Shown piece after piece: positions 55,471 to 64,000 of a stretch of DNA of 64,000 nucleotides. A model generated the notes under the pieces. That model searched no databases. It was given only the letters and a program-made list of their open reading frames with translations, and was not told the DNA's origin. Location: contig NZ_SBIV01000004.1 in the NCBI RefSeq assembly GCF_004765795.1, forward strand, positions 62,001 through 126,000, in the 5' to 3' direction. The stretch comes from Halorussus marinus. GTDB taxonomy: Archaea; Halobacteriota; Halobacteria; Halobacteriales; Haladaptataceae. Made by a program: the position numbers and the translations under genes. Position 1 is the first letter of the stretch. Each line of letters starts with the position of its first letter.

Positions 55471-58137
55471 CTACTCGGCGACGAACTCGACGCCGAGGAC
55501 CTCGAACCGCGCGCCGCCGTCGTCGCCCTCCGTGGCGTTGACCCGCCACCCGTGGGCGCTCGCGACCTGTTCGACGATGCTCATCCCGAAGCCAGTCCCC
55601 TCGTCTGCGGTCGAGTAGCCGGTCTCGAAGATCTGACTGGACTCCTCGCCGGGAAGGCCTCGACCGTCGTCCTCGACGTAGAAGCCCGCGTCGCCGGGGA
55701 GTTCGCCGACGGTGATCGTCACTCCCTGACCCCCGTGTTCCACGGCGTTCCTGAAGAGGTTCTCGAGCAGTTGCCCGAGGTGACTCTCGTCGGCGCGGAT
55801 CGACCGTTCGGCCTCGACGACGACCGTCGCGTCCCGGGTCGCGACGTTTCCCCAGCACTCCTCGACCGCGGCGTCGAGCGCGACCGCATCCATCTCGACG
55901 GCGGACTCGCCGGCCTGCGCGATCGCCAGCAGGTCCCCGATCAGCTCCTCGATGCGCTCGTGGGCGCCCTCGACCTCGTCGAGGTGGTCGCTGTCGCACT
56001 CCTCGCGGGCCATCGCCAGCCGCCCCTGAGCGACGTTGAGCGGGTTGCGGAGGTCGTGGCTGAGGATGCTGGCGAATTCGTCGAGCCGGTCGTTCTTCCG
56101 GCGCAGTTCGCGCTCGCGGTCGAGTCGCCCGAGCGCCTTTTCGGTCTGGCTGACCAGTAGCTCGGCGAGTTCGAGGTCGGTCGCCCCGAAGCCGTCGGGG
56201 CGTTCCGAGACGAGCGCCAGCGCGCCCCGACCGTCGACTGGAACCGCGAGCGCCGAGCCGACGGCCGACTCGGAGTCGTCCGCGACGGCGCGGGCCGACT
56301 CGCCGGTCCGGTGGGCCTCCCGGGCCGCCTCGATCCCCGTGTGAGCGGCGTCGGCGCCGTCCGAACCGACGGTTCCCGACCCGGCGACCTGCGAGAGGCC
56401 GTCGTCCTCGGCGAGGTAGACCGCCGCCGCGTCGAACTCGAGGAGGCTCTCGGCCGCTCGGACGGTCCGGTCGCAGACCGCCTCGGGCGTCTCGCAGGTC
56501 AGGAGGTCGGTCGCGAACGCGCGATTCTCCTTGAGCCGGCGCTCGCGCTCCTTGCGAGCCGAGACGTCCCGGCCGGTCCCGACCAGCCCGGCGAGCTCGC
56601 CGTCGATGTCGGTCAGCCGCGAACCGGTGAACTCGTAGGGGATGCGATCGCCGCTCGCGGTCCGGAACTCGGCCTCGACGGTCGTCTCGCCCGTCGTCAG
56701 CGCGTCGTCGATAGCCTTGCGGATGCGGTCGCGCTCGTCCGGCGCAAAGAACTCGATGGCCGCCATGGTAGCGATCTCCTCGTCGTCGTACCCGGACACG
56801 CGCCGGAAGGTGTCGTTCCACCGCTCCATTCCGCCGTCGGTCCCGACGACGTAGTAAAGGTCGTCGATCGTGTCGAGCGCCTGATCGATGAAGGCCCGCT
56901 CTTCGCGGAGTTCGCGGGCGCGCTCGATGCTGTCGAGCGCCGTCGTCGCGTGGACCGCGACGATCCGAGCGAGCGACACGTCGGTCTCGTCGAACGCGCC
57001 GACTTCGCACGTCCCGATTATCAGGACGCCGCGGTCGCCGAGCGGCAGGATGATCTCGCTTCTGACCCGGGTCGAGTCGGCGGCGCGGCCGGGCGCGGTC
57101 GAAACGTCGTCGTAGACCCGGGGCTCGCCCGACTCGAAGACCTCCCCGGCGATGCTGTCGTCGGGGTCGAGCGCCGGCATCGACTCGCCGCCGGTGAGTT
57201 CGTTCGCGGTCTCCGACCACGCGACCGGCATCAGCCGGCCCGTCTCCTCGTCGTAGATGTGGACCGCGTTCGCCCGCATATCGAGGATGTCCCGGACGGC
57301 CTCGACCGCGACCTCGCCCACGTCGGCCTCCGTCTCGGCCGTCATGAAGATCTGGGCGGTCGAGTGGAGCTTCTCGATCGCCCGCTTGCGCTGGGCGTTC
57401 TCGGTGACGTCCCGAACGGTACAGACGAGCTTCCCGTTCGCGGTCGCCACGAGCGCGTGGTCCTCGACGAACGTGGTCCCGTCGGCCCGGAGCCCTGTCG
57501 TGGTGCCGTGCCAGTAGCCGTCCGCTTCGACCGCCGGGAGGATATCGTCTCTGGCGGCGTCAACGTCGTCCTCGACGTACAGCAGGTCCCAGTGCTCGCC
57601 GATCAGCTCGTCGGGCTCGTAGCCGTACAGGTCGGCGTACGCCTGATTGACGTAGGTGAACCGGCCGTCGTCGTCGAGGATGCTGATGCCCTCCCGGGCG
57701 GTCTCGATGGCGTCGAGGTGACGCCGGCGCTCGCGCTCGGCCCGGGTGCGGTCGACGGCGTTCCGGATCCGGTTGGCGAGGATCGCGTACTGGTCGGTCC
57801 CGGTCTCCTTCTGGAGGTAGTCGGTCACCCCCGCGGAGATGGCCTCGGAGGCGATCTCCTCGCTCCCCTTGCCCGTGAACAGCACGAACGGGACGTCCGG
57901 GTCGCGCTCGCGGACGGCTTCGAGGAACTCGATGCCGTTCCGGCCCGGCATGTCGTAGTCCGAGACGATGCAGTCGACGTCGGTGTCACCGAGCCGATCG
58001 AGGCCGGCGGCGGCGTCGGGTTCGGTGACGACGGAGAGACACTCGTCTTCGCGCTCCAGAAACCGCGCGACGAGCGCGGCGAAATCGGCGTCGTCGTCGA
58101 CGTGTAACACCCGGACGGGGTCTTCGGAGTCACGCAT
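55471..58137 (-). CDS. Hybrid sensor histidine kinase (REC-PAS-GAF-PAS-GAF-HisKA-HATPase)
   Basis: VLHVDDD/SDYDMP receiver; SHDLRNPL H-box; ENLFRNA, DDGRG, GTGFG boxes. Confidence 0.95.
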   Translation of the reverse strand: MRDSEDPVRVLHVDDDADFAALVARFLEREDECLSVVTEPDAAAGLDRLGDTDVDCIVSDYDMPGRNGIEFLEAVRERDPDVPFVLFTGKGSEEIASEAISAGVTDYLQKETGTDQYAILANRIRNAVDRTRAERERRRHLDAIETAREGISILDDDGRFTYVNQAYADLYGYEPDELIGEHWDLLYVEDDVDAARDDILPAVEADGYWHGTTTGLRADGTTFVEDHALVATANGKLVCTVRDVTENAQRKRAIEKLHSTAQIFMTAETEADVGEVAVEAVRDILDMRANAVHIYDEETGRLMPVAWSETANELTGGESMPALDPDDSIAGEVFESGEPRVYDDVSTAPGRAADSTRVRSEIILPLGDRGVLIIGTCEVGAFDETDVSLARIVAVHATTALDSIERARELREERAFIDQALDTIDDLYYVVGTDGGMERWNDTFRRVSGYDDEEIATMAAIEFFAPDERDRIRKAIDDALTTGETTVEAEFRTASGDRIPYEFTGSRLTDIDGELAGLVGTGRDVSARKERERRLKENRAFATDLLTCETPEAVCDRTVRAAESLLEFDAAAVYLAEDDGLSQVAGSGTVGSDGADAAHTGIEAAREAHRTGESARAVADDSESAVGSALAVPVDGRGALALVSERPDGFGATDLELAELLVSQTEKALGRLDRERELRRKNDRLDEFASILSHDLRNPLNVAQGRLAMAREECDSDHLDEVEGAHERIEELIGDLLAIAQAGESAVEMDAVALDAAVEECWGNVATRDATVVVEAERSIRADESHLGQLLENLFRNAVEHGGQGVTITVGELPGDAGFYVEDDGRGLPGEESSQIFETGYSTADEGTGFGMSIVEQVASAHGWRVNATEGDDGGARFEVLGVEFVAE

Positions 58138-58212
58138 GGTCGGTACTCGATTTTGAATATGCGTTAGACAGAAACGTGATAAGTCCCCGGGTCTCGTCGC
58201 GCGGCCCGTCGC

Positions 58213-59388
<1,176 letters not shown>

Positions 59389-59519
59389 ACCAATCGCGTG
59401 TCGGGCGAGCGTCAAAACGCTACGGGTTTCGGCGCCGGCGCCGACACGGGCTCGGGGTCGGTGGTTGCCGACCGCTCGAATCGAAAGCTACTCGTCGGCG
59501 CCTTACGACGCCCCCGATC

Positions 59520-59750
59520 ATGTCAGACACCGATCGGGACGGGCGGGCGCTCGAACTCGCGCTGGCGGTCGTGGGCCTCGTCGCAGTGCTCTATAGCCTC
59601 CTCATCGCGGCGCGACCGCTCGCCGGGGTGACCGTCGTCGCGTGGCTGTTCGGGGCGTACCTCGCGTGGCGGTCGTTCGGACTCGCGGTGCGGTTCGTCG
59701 TCGCCGTCGAGCGGATCGCCGACGCGATGGAAGCGCGGGCCGACGAGTAG
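59520..59750 (+). CDS. Small membrane protein
   Basis: Two TM helices and RFVVAVERIADAME tail. Confidence 0.7.
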   Translation: MSDTDRDGRALELALAVVGLVAVLYSLLIAARPLAGVTVVAWLFGAYLAWRSFGLAVRFVVAVERIADAMEARADE

Positions 59751-59802
59751 CGACCGCCGCCGGCCACCAACAACTAACCCGACCGCCGGCGTACGCGGGG
59801 CC

Positions 59803-60957
59803 ATGACCCTCACCGTCGGAGTTCTCGGCTACCGGTTCATGGGGAAGGCCCACGCGAACGCGATGGCGCGACTCCCGATGTTCTTCCCGGACGCCCCGGA
59901 CGTCGAGCGGGGCGTCCTGATCGGCCGCGACGAGTCGGCCCTGCGGGCGGCCGCCGATCGGCTCGGCTTCGAGCGCACCGCGACCGACTGGCGCGAGGTG
60001 GTCGGGGAGGTCGACGCCTTCTACAACCTCGGGCCGAACCACGTCCACGCCGAGCCCTCTATCGCGGCGCTGGAGGCCGCCACTCCGGTGCTCTGCGAGA
60101 AACCCCTCGCGAACGACCTCGACGGCGCCGAGCGGATGGCGGCGGCCGCGGCCGACGCGGAGGTGCCGACCGCCGCCGCGTTCAACTACCGGTTCGTCCC
60201 GGCGCTCCGGTACGCGAAGAACCTGATCGAAGACGGCGAACTCGGCGAGATCAGACACTTCCGGGGACGATACCTCCAGGACTGGCTCGCCGACCCCGAG
60301 GCGCCGTGGTCGTGGCGCAACGACGAGGAGCTCGCGGGGAGCGGCGCGCTCGGTGATCTGGGCGCCCACACCGTCGATCTCGCGCGGTTTCTGGTCGGCG
60401 ACGTCGAGCGCGTCTCGGGCCACCTCCGGACGTTCGTCGACGAGCGTCCGGTCGAGGACGAGGACGCCGGACCCGACGAGACCCGATCGGTCACGGTCGA
60501 CGACGCCTACTCCGCGCAGGCCGAACTCGACGGCGGCGCGATGGCGACGTTCGAGGCCTCGCGGGTCGCCGAGGGCCACAAGAACGACCACACCGTCGAG
60601 GTCCACGGCTCGGAGGGGAGCCTGCGGTTCTCGCTCGAACGGCTGAACGAACTCGAAGTCCTGCGCGACGGGGCTCGGGGGTACGAAACCATTCTGATAA
60701 CGGACGCCGAGGACCCCTACCTCGACCACTGGTGGCCGCCGGGACACGTCCTGGGGTGGGAACACACCTTCGTCCACGAGAACTACGCGTTCCTCTCGGC
60801 GGTCGCGAGCGCGGCGTCGGGGACCTCGCGGAGCGACGAGGCCGCCGACGCGTACCGCCCGAACTTCGCCGACGGCCTCGCGGTCCAGCGGACGCTGGCC
60901 GCGATCGAGGAGAGCCACGAGCGCGGCGAGTGGGTCGACGTCGACGCCGGTCGGTGA
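59803..60957 (+). CDS. Gfo/Idh/MocA family oxidoreductase
   Basis: GVLGYRFMG, CEKPLA, FNYRF, GALGDLGAH. Confidence 0.93.
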   Translation: MTLTVGVLGYRFMGKAHANAMARLPMFFPDAPDVERGVLIGRDESALRAAADRLGFERTATDWREVVGEVDAFYNLGPNHVHAEPSIAALEAATPVLCEKPLANDLDGAERMAAAAADAEVPTAAAFNYRFVPALRYAKNLIEDGELGEIRHFRGRYLQDWLADPEAPWSWRNDEELAGSGALGDLGAHTVDLARFLVGDVERVSGHLRTFVDERPVEDEDAGPDETRSVTVDDAYSAQAELDGGAMATFEASRVAEGHKNDHTVEVHGSEGSLRFSLERLNELEVLRDGARGYETILITDAEDPYLDHWWPPGHVLGWEHTFVHENYAFLSAVASAASGTSRSDEAADAYRPNFADGLAVQRTLAAIEESHERGEWVDVDAGR

Positions 60958-60958
60958 G

Positions 60959-61807
60959 TCAGAACTCCCGGACGCCCTCGTCGGTCACGACCGAATCGAG
61001 CAGGTCGGTCGGAGTCGCGTCGTAGGCGGGGTTCTCGACGTCGAAGCCCTCCGCGGGCTCTAAGAGGACCTCGCTTGGCGACCGGAAGTCGTTCTCGAAC
61101 CGGAACCCCTCGCCGACCAGCTTCGCCGACGACCCGACGACCGTCACCGGCACGTCGACCTCGGCGGCGGTCGCGACCAGCGGGAACGTCCCGATCCGGT
61201 TGTAGAGGGTGTCGTCGACGATGCAGTCCATCCCGAGAAACACCCGATCGCACTCGGGCAGGTAGTGGCCACAGGCCCCGTCGACGACGAGATGGGTGTC
61301 GACCCGGTCGTACTCCCCGAGGACGCGAGCAGTCTTGCGACCCAGATACCGGGGTCGGGCCTCGGTGACGTAGACGTCGAGGTACGCGCCGTCGGCGACC
61401 GCGCGCTCGATCGACTCCAGCACGGTCGAAGAGTAGTCGTGGGTCAGGATCGTCATCCCGTCCTCGACGTACTCGACGGCGTTGCCGGCGGCCCGGCGCT
61501 TCGCGGTCTCGACCTGCTCGACCACGTCCTCGATCGCGTCCCGGAGCCGGCGCTTCGCGGCGTCGACCGACTCGGCGCCGTCGCCGACCATCGAGACGAT
61601 GGCGCGCTGGGTCGTCACCAGCGAGGCGTGAGAGGGGTTCGCGCGCCGGAGCGCCGAGGAGTTGCGTTCGAGCGCGCGCTCGAACTCCTCGGCCGACGCG
61701 AACTCCCGATCGCAGAGCTCTTCGAGCGCGCGGGCGGCCTTCACGGCGACGACGGAGGAGCTGTGGGTCTGCATCTCGCGGATCTCCTCGACCGTCTCGT
61801 CTATCAT
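60959..61807 (-). CDS. eIF-2B alpha/beta/delta family protein (aIF-2B-like)
   Basis: ANPSHASL, ILTHDYSSTV, VTEARP, NRIGT, NPAYDATP. Confidence 0.88.
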   Translation of the reverse strand: MIDETVEEIREMQTHSSSVVAVKAARALEELCDREFASAEEFERALERNSSALRRANPSHASLVTTQRAIVSMVGDGAESVDAAKRRLRDAIEDVVEQVETAKRRAAGNAVEYVEDGMTILTHDYSSTVLESIERAVADGAYLDVYVTEARPRYLGRKTARVLGEYDRVDTHLVVDGACGHYLPECDRVFLGMDCIVDDTLYNRIGTFPLVATAAEVDVPVTVVGSSAKLVGEGFRFENDFRSPSEVLLEPAEGFDVENPAYDATPTDLLDSVVTDEGVREF

Positions 61808-61917
61808 ATCTCGTACGTCTCCCCTCGGGAGGATAGGCTTTCCGGGACTGCTCGTCACGGCCCGAACCGACCGCGATGGCCGCCACGTTAAGTAGTCGCC
61901 GCCCCTACGTCCGCTCG

Positions 61918-62256
61918 ATGCCAGATGTCCGGTACTACTGTCCGCGATGCGGGGCCCTCTGTGCCCTCGAACGCGACGCGTACCTCGCCGACAAGTGCGT
62001 GACGCCCGAACCGTTAGAGGGCTGGGAGTACGCCGGCGCGTACGAGGACTTCGAGGACGCGGACGGCGTCGAGATCGTCTGTGGCGGTCCCGAGACGAAC
62101 GGCGAGGGGTGTGGCGGGGTGTACTACCTGAGCTTCGTCAAGTTCGAGGACGGCGAGGAACTCGACCCCCGCCGGGCCGCGGCGTTCCGGCCGCCGTCGC
62201 CGTCGATCGACGGCTCGGACTCCGAGAGCGGCCAGCGCTTCGACTTCGATCCCTGA
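61918..62256 (+). CDS. CPxCG-type zinc-finger protein
   Basis: YYCPRCG ... VCG..EGCG; TTAAGTA box upstream. Confidence 0.8.
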   Translation: MPDVRYYCPRCGALCALERDAYLADKCVTPEPLEGWEYAGAYEDFEDADGVEIVCGGPETNGEGCGGVYYLSFVKFEDGEELDPRRAAAFRPPSPSIDGSDSESGQRFDFDP

Positions 62257-62343
62257 CCGAGACGGCGGGTCGCCGCCCGGAGCGAGCTAAATCAATTGAC
62301 ACGCCGAGAAACGGTTATTGTGGTTCGCGGTGAATCGCGTGCT

Positions 62344-62655
62344 ATGACCGAAGAGGGAGGCACGTCGCCGCCGGACGCCGAGGACCCCATCGTTCACCGC
62401 GAGCTGTTCGAGGGCGAACGACCGGCGTCCGAGGAGGCCGCCGAGATCGAAGTCGCAGAGATCATCGCCGACCTCGAAGGGCGCGAACCGACCGACATCT
62501 CGGCGCTGTACGACACCATCGACCACCTCGTCGAACACCTCTTTTCGAACCCGCCGCCAATCGAGGCGCAGGCCGAACTGACGTTCACCTACGAGGGCTA
62601 CCGGATCTGTCTCTTTCAGGACGGTCACGCCACGTTCATGAAAGTCTCCGAGTAG
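62344..62655 (+). CDS. HalOD1 (halobacterial output domain) protein
   Basis: IADLEGREPT..LYDTID..LF..LTFTYEGYRI..DG. Confidence 0.82.
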   Translation: MTEEGGTSPPDAEDPIVHRELFEGERPASEEAAEIEVAEIIADLEGREPTDISALYDTIDHLVEHLFSNPPPIEAQAELTFTYEGYRICLFQDGHATFMKVSE

Positions 62656-62659
62656 CCGG

Positions 62660-64000
62660 TCACCCCTTGATGTTACACACCGGGAAGGTCCGTGCGACCT
62701 TGTCGCCGATGCCAAGCGCGTCCGACACCCGGACGACTTCGTCGACGTCCTTGTAGACACCGGGCGCCTCCTCGGCGACCGTCGCGCCGCTCTGGGCCTT
62801 GACGTAGATGTGTTCCTGTTCGAGGTCGTCCTGTACGTCGCCGCCCCAGTAGTCCTGTTTGGCCTGCGTCCGGCTCATGGTTCGGCCCGCGCCGTGGGCG
62901 GTCGAGCCGAACGTGCGGTCCATCGACTCCTCGCCGCCCCGGAGGACGTAACTGCCCGCACCCATGCTTCCGGGGATGATGATAGGCTGGCCCACGTCGC
63001 GGTAGGCCTCCGGCACCTCGGGGTGGCCCGCGGGGAACGCCCGGGTCGCGCCCTTCCGGTGGACGTAGAGTTCCCGCTCCTCGGTGTCGGTGGCGTCGCC
63101 GCCCGACGCCGGACGACCGTCCGACCCGATCCCGACGGTGTGGGTCTCCTTCTTGGCGATGTTGTGGGCCACGTCGTACAGCAGATCCATCCCCAGCGTC
63201 TCCCAGTCGGCGTCGAAGACCTTCTCGAACACCTGCCGGGTCCGGTGGGTGATGAGCTGGCGGTTCACCCACGCGAAGTTGATCGCCGCGCACATCGCGC
63301 CGTAGTAGTCCTCGGCGAGCTGGCTCCCGGCGGGCGCGGCCGCCAGTTCCTTGTCGGGGAGCCGCGACAGCAGGCCGGCGTGGGCCTTCTCGATGTCCCG
63401 GAGATACTCGGTACAGACCTGATGGCCGAGCCCCCGGCTCCCGCAGTGGATCAGGACCACGATCTGACCCTCTTCGAGGCCGTAGGCGTCGGCCACCCCG
63501 TCGAGATAGGTGTCGGTCACGCGCTGGACTTCGAGGAAGTGGTTGCCCGACCCGAGACTGCCGAGCTGGTTCTTCCCGCGGTCTTTGGCCTTCTGGGGCA
63601 CCTTCGCGGGATCGCTGTCGTACCGGACGCCCTCGTCCTCGCAGTGGGCGAGGTCCTCGCGGACGGCGTAGCCCTCTTCGAGCGCCCAGTCCAGCCCGCG
63701 GTCGAGGACCGCCTCGACGGTGTCGATGTCGCCCTCGACGATGCCGCCGCCGCCGAGCCCGGACGGGACGTTCGCGAACAGGGCGTCGACGAGTTCTTCC
63801 TCGCGGCCCCGCAGGTCGTCGTAGGTGAGGTCGGTCCGCACCATCCGGACGCCGCAGTTGATGTCGTAGCCGATCGCGCCCGGCGAGATACACCCCTCCT
63901 CGGCGTCGATGCCCGCCACGCCGCCGACCGGGAAGCCGTACCCCTGATGGCCGTCGGGCATGCAGATGGCGTGGTTTCGCACGCCCGGCAGGTGGGTGGC
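62660..64000 (-). CDS. rtcB: tRNA-splicing ligase RtcB, 5'-truncated by the window
   Basis: MPDGHQGYGFPVGG, GYDINCG, GSGNHFLE, HRKGATRA, PGSMG, HGAGR, EEAPGVYK. Confidence 0.97.
   Translation of the reverse strand, partial: ATHLPGVRNHAICMPDGHQGYGFPVGGVAGIDAEEGCISPGAIGYDINCGVRMVRTDLTYDDLRGREEELVDALFANVPSGLGGGGIVEGDIDTVEAVLDRGLDWALEEGYAVREDLAHCEDEGVRYDSDPAKVPQKAKDRGKNQLGSLGSGNHFLEVQRVTDTYLDGVADAYGLEEGQIVVLIHCGSRGLGHQVCTEYLRDIEKAHAGLLSRLPDKELAAAPAGSQLAEDYYGAMCAAINFAWVNRQLITHRTRQVFEKVFDADWETLGMDLLYDVAHNIAKKETHTVGIGSDGRPASGGDATDTEERELYVHRKGATRAFPAGHPEVPEAYRDVGQPIIIPGSMGAGSYVLRGGEESMDRTFGSTAHGAGRTMSRTQAKQDYWGGDVQDDLEQEHIYVKAQSGATVAEEAPGVYKDVDEVVRVSDALGIGDKVARTFPVCNIKG

Noticed and set aside
55394..57220. 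Apparent 983-aa ORF fusing an unknown domain to the aldo/keto reductase
   Set aside because: The upstream part is an alternate frame of the histidine kinase gene; only 54269..55393 is credible.
63075..63145. Insertion in RtcB (VGIGSDGRPASGGDATDTEE) as an intein or mobile insert
   Set aside because: Far too short and lacks intein terminal motifs; likely an ordinary variable loop.

Overview
This is a chromosomal segment of a halophilic archaeon (class Halobacteria). It is very GC-rich, encodes acidic proteins, and has many genes with TATA-like boxes about 25-30 nt before the start codon. About 70 genes are densely packed. Housekeeping blocks: rnj-idsA-gltX; tmcA / rpl7ae-rps28e-rpl24e-ndk; a split metE; rpl21e-rpo4-DUF655-rsmA-mscS-hemK; Zn-finger-EF-1beta; panB, metB, tyrA and rtcB (truncated at the right edge). 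Accessory genes are interspersed: several Tat-exported enzymes, two signalling proteins, transporters and oxidoreductases. I found no CRISPR array, rRNA, tRNA, transposase or integrase. The most notable observations are: (1) a cytidylyltransferase-HAD fusion resembling the streptococcal CDP-2-glycerol enzymes Gtp2+Gtp3, between a glycerophosphodiesterase and a TIM-barrel gene; (2) a Tat-exported PEBP/YbhB-halocyanin fusion next to a Tat-exported sulfite-oxidase-family molybdoenzyme; (3) a CARF-like/wHTH regulator followed by six ATASTATC-like boxes around a TATA-like element that points into an ORF-less, hairpin-rich region; (4) similar double-hairpin in-frame inserts in tmcA and rsmA; (5) a perfect DtxR/IdeR-like palindrome abutting the start of an unknown gene; (6) a box C/D K-turn in the rpl7ae leader; (7) two small ORFs missing from the ORF track and a decayed gene remnant. 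Family assignments come from motif recognition only; no database search was run.
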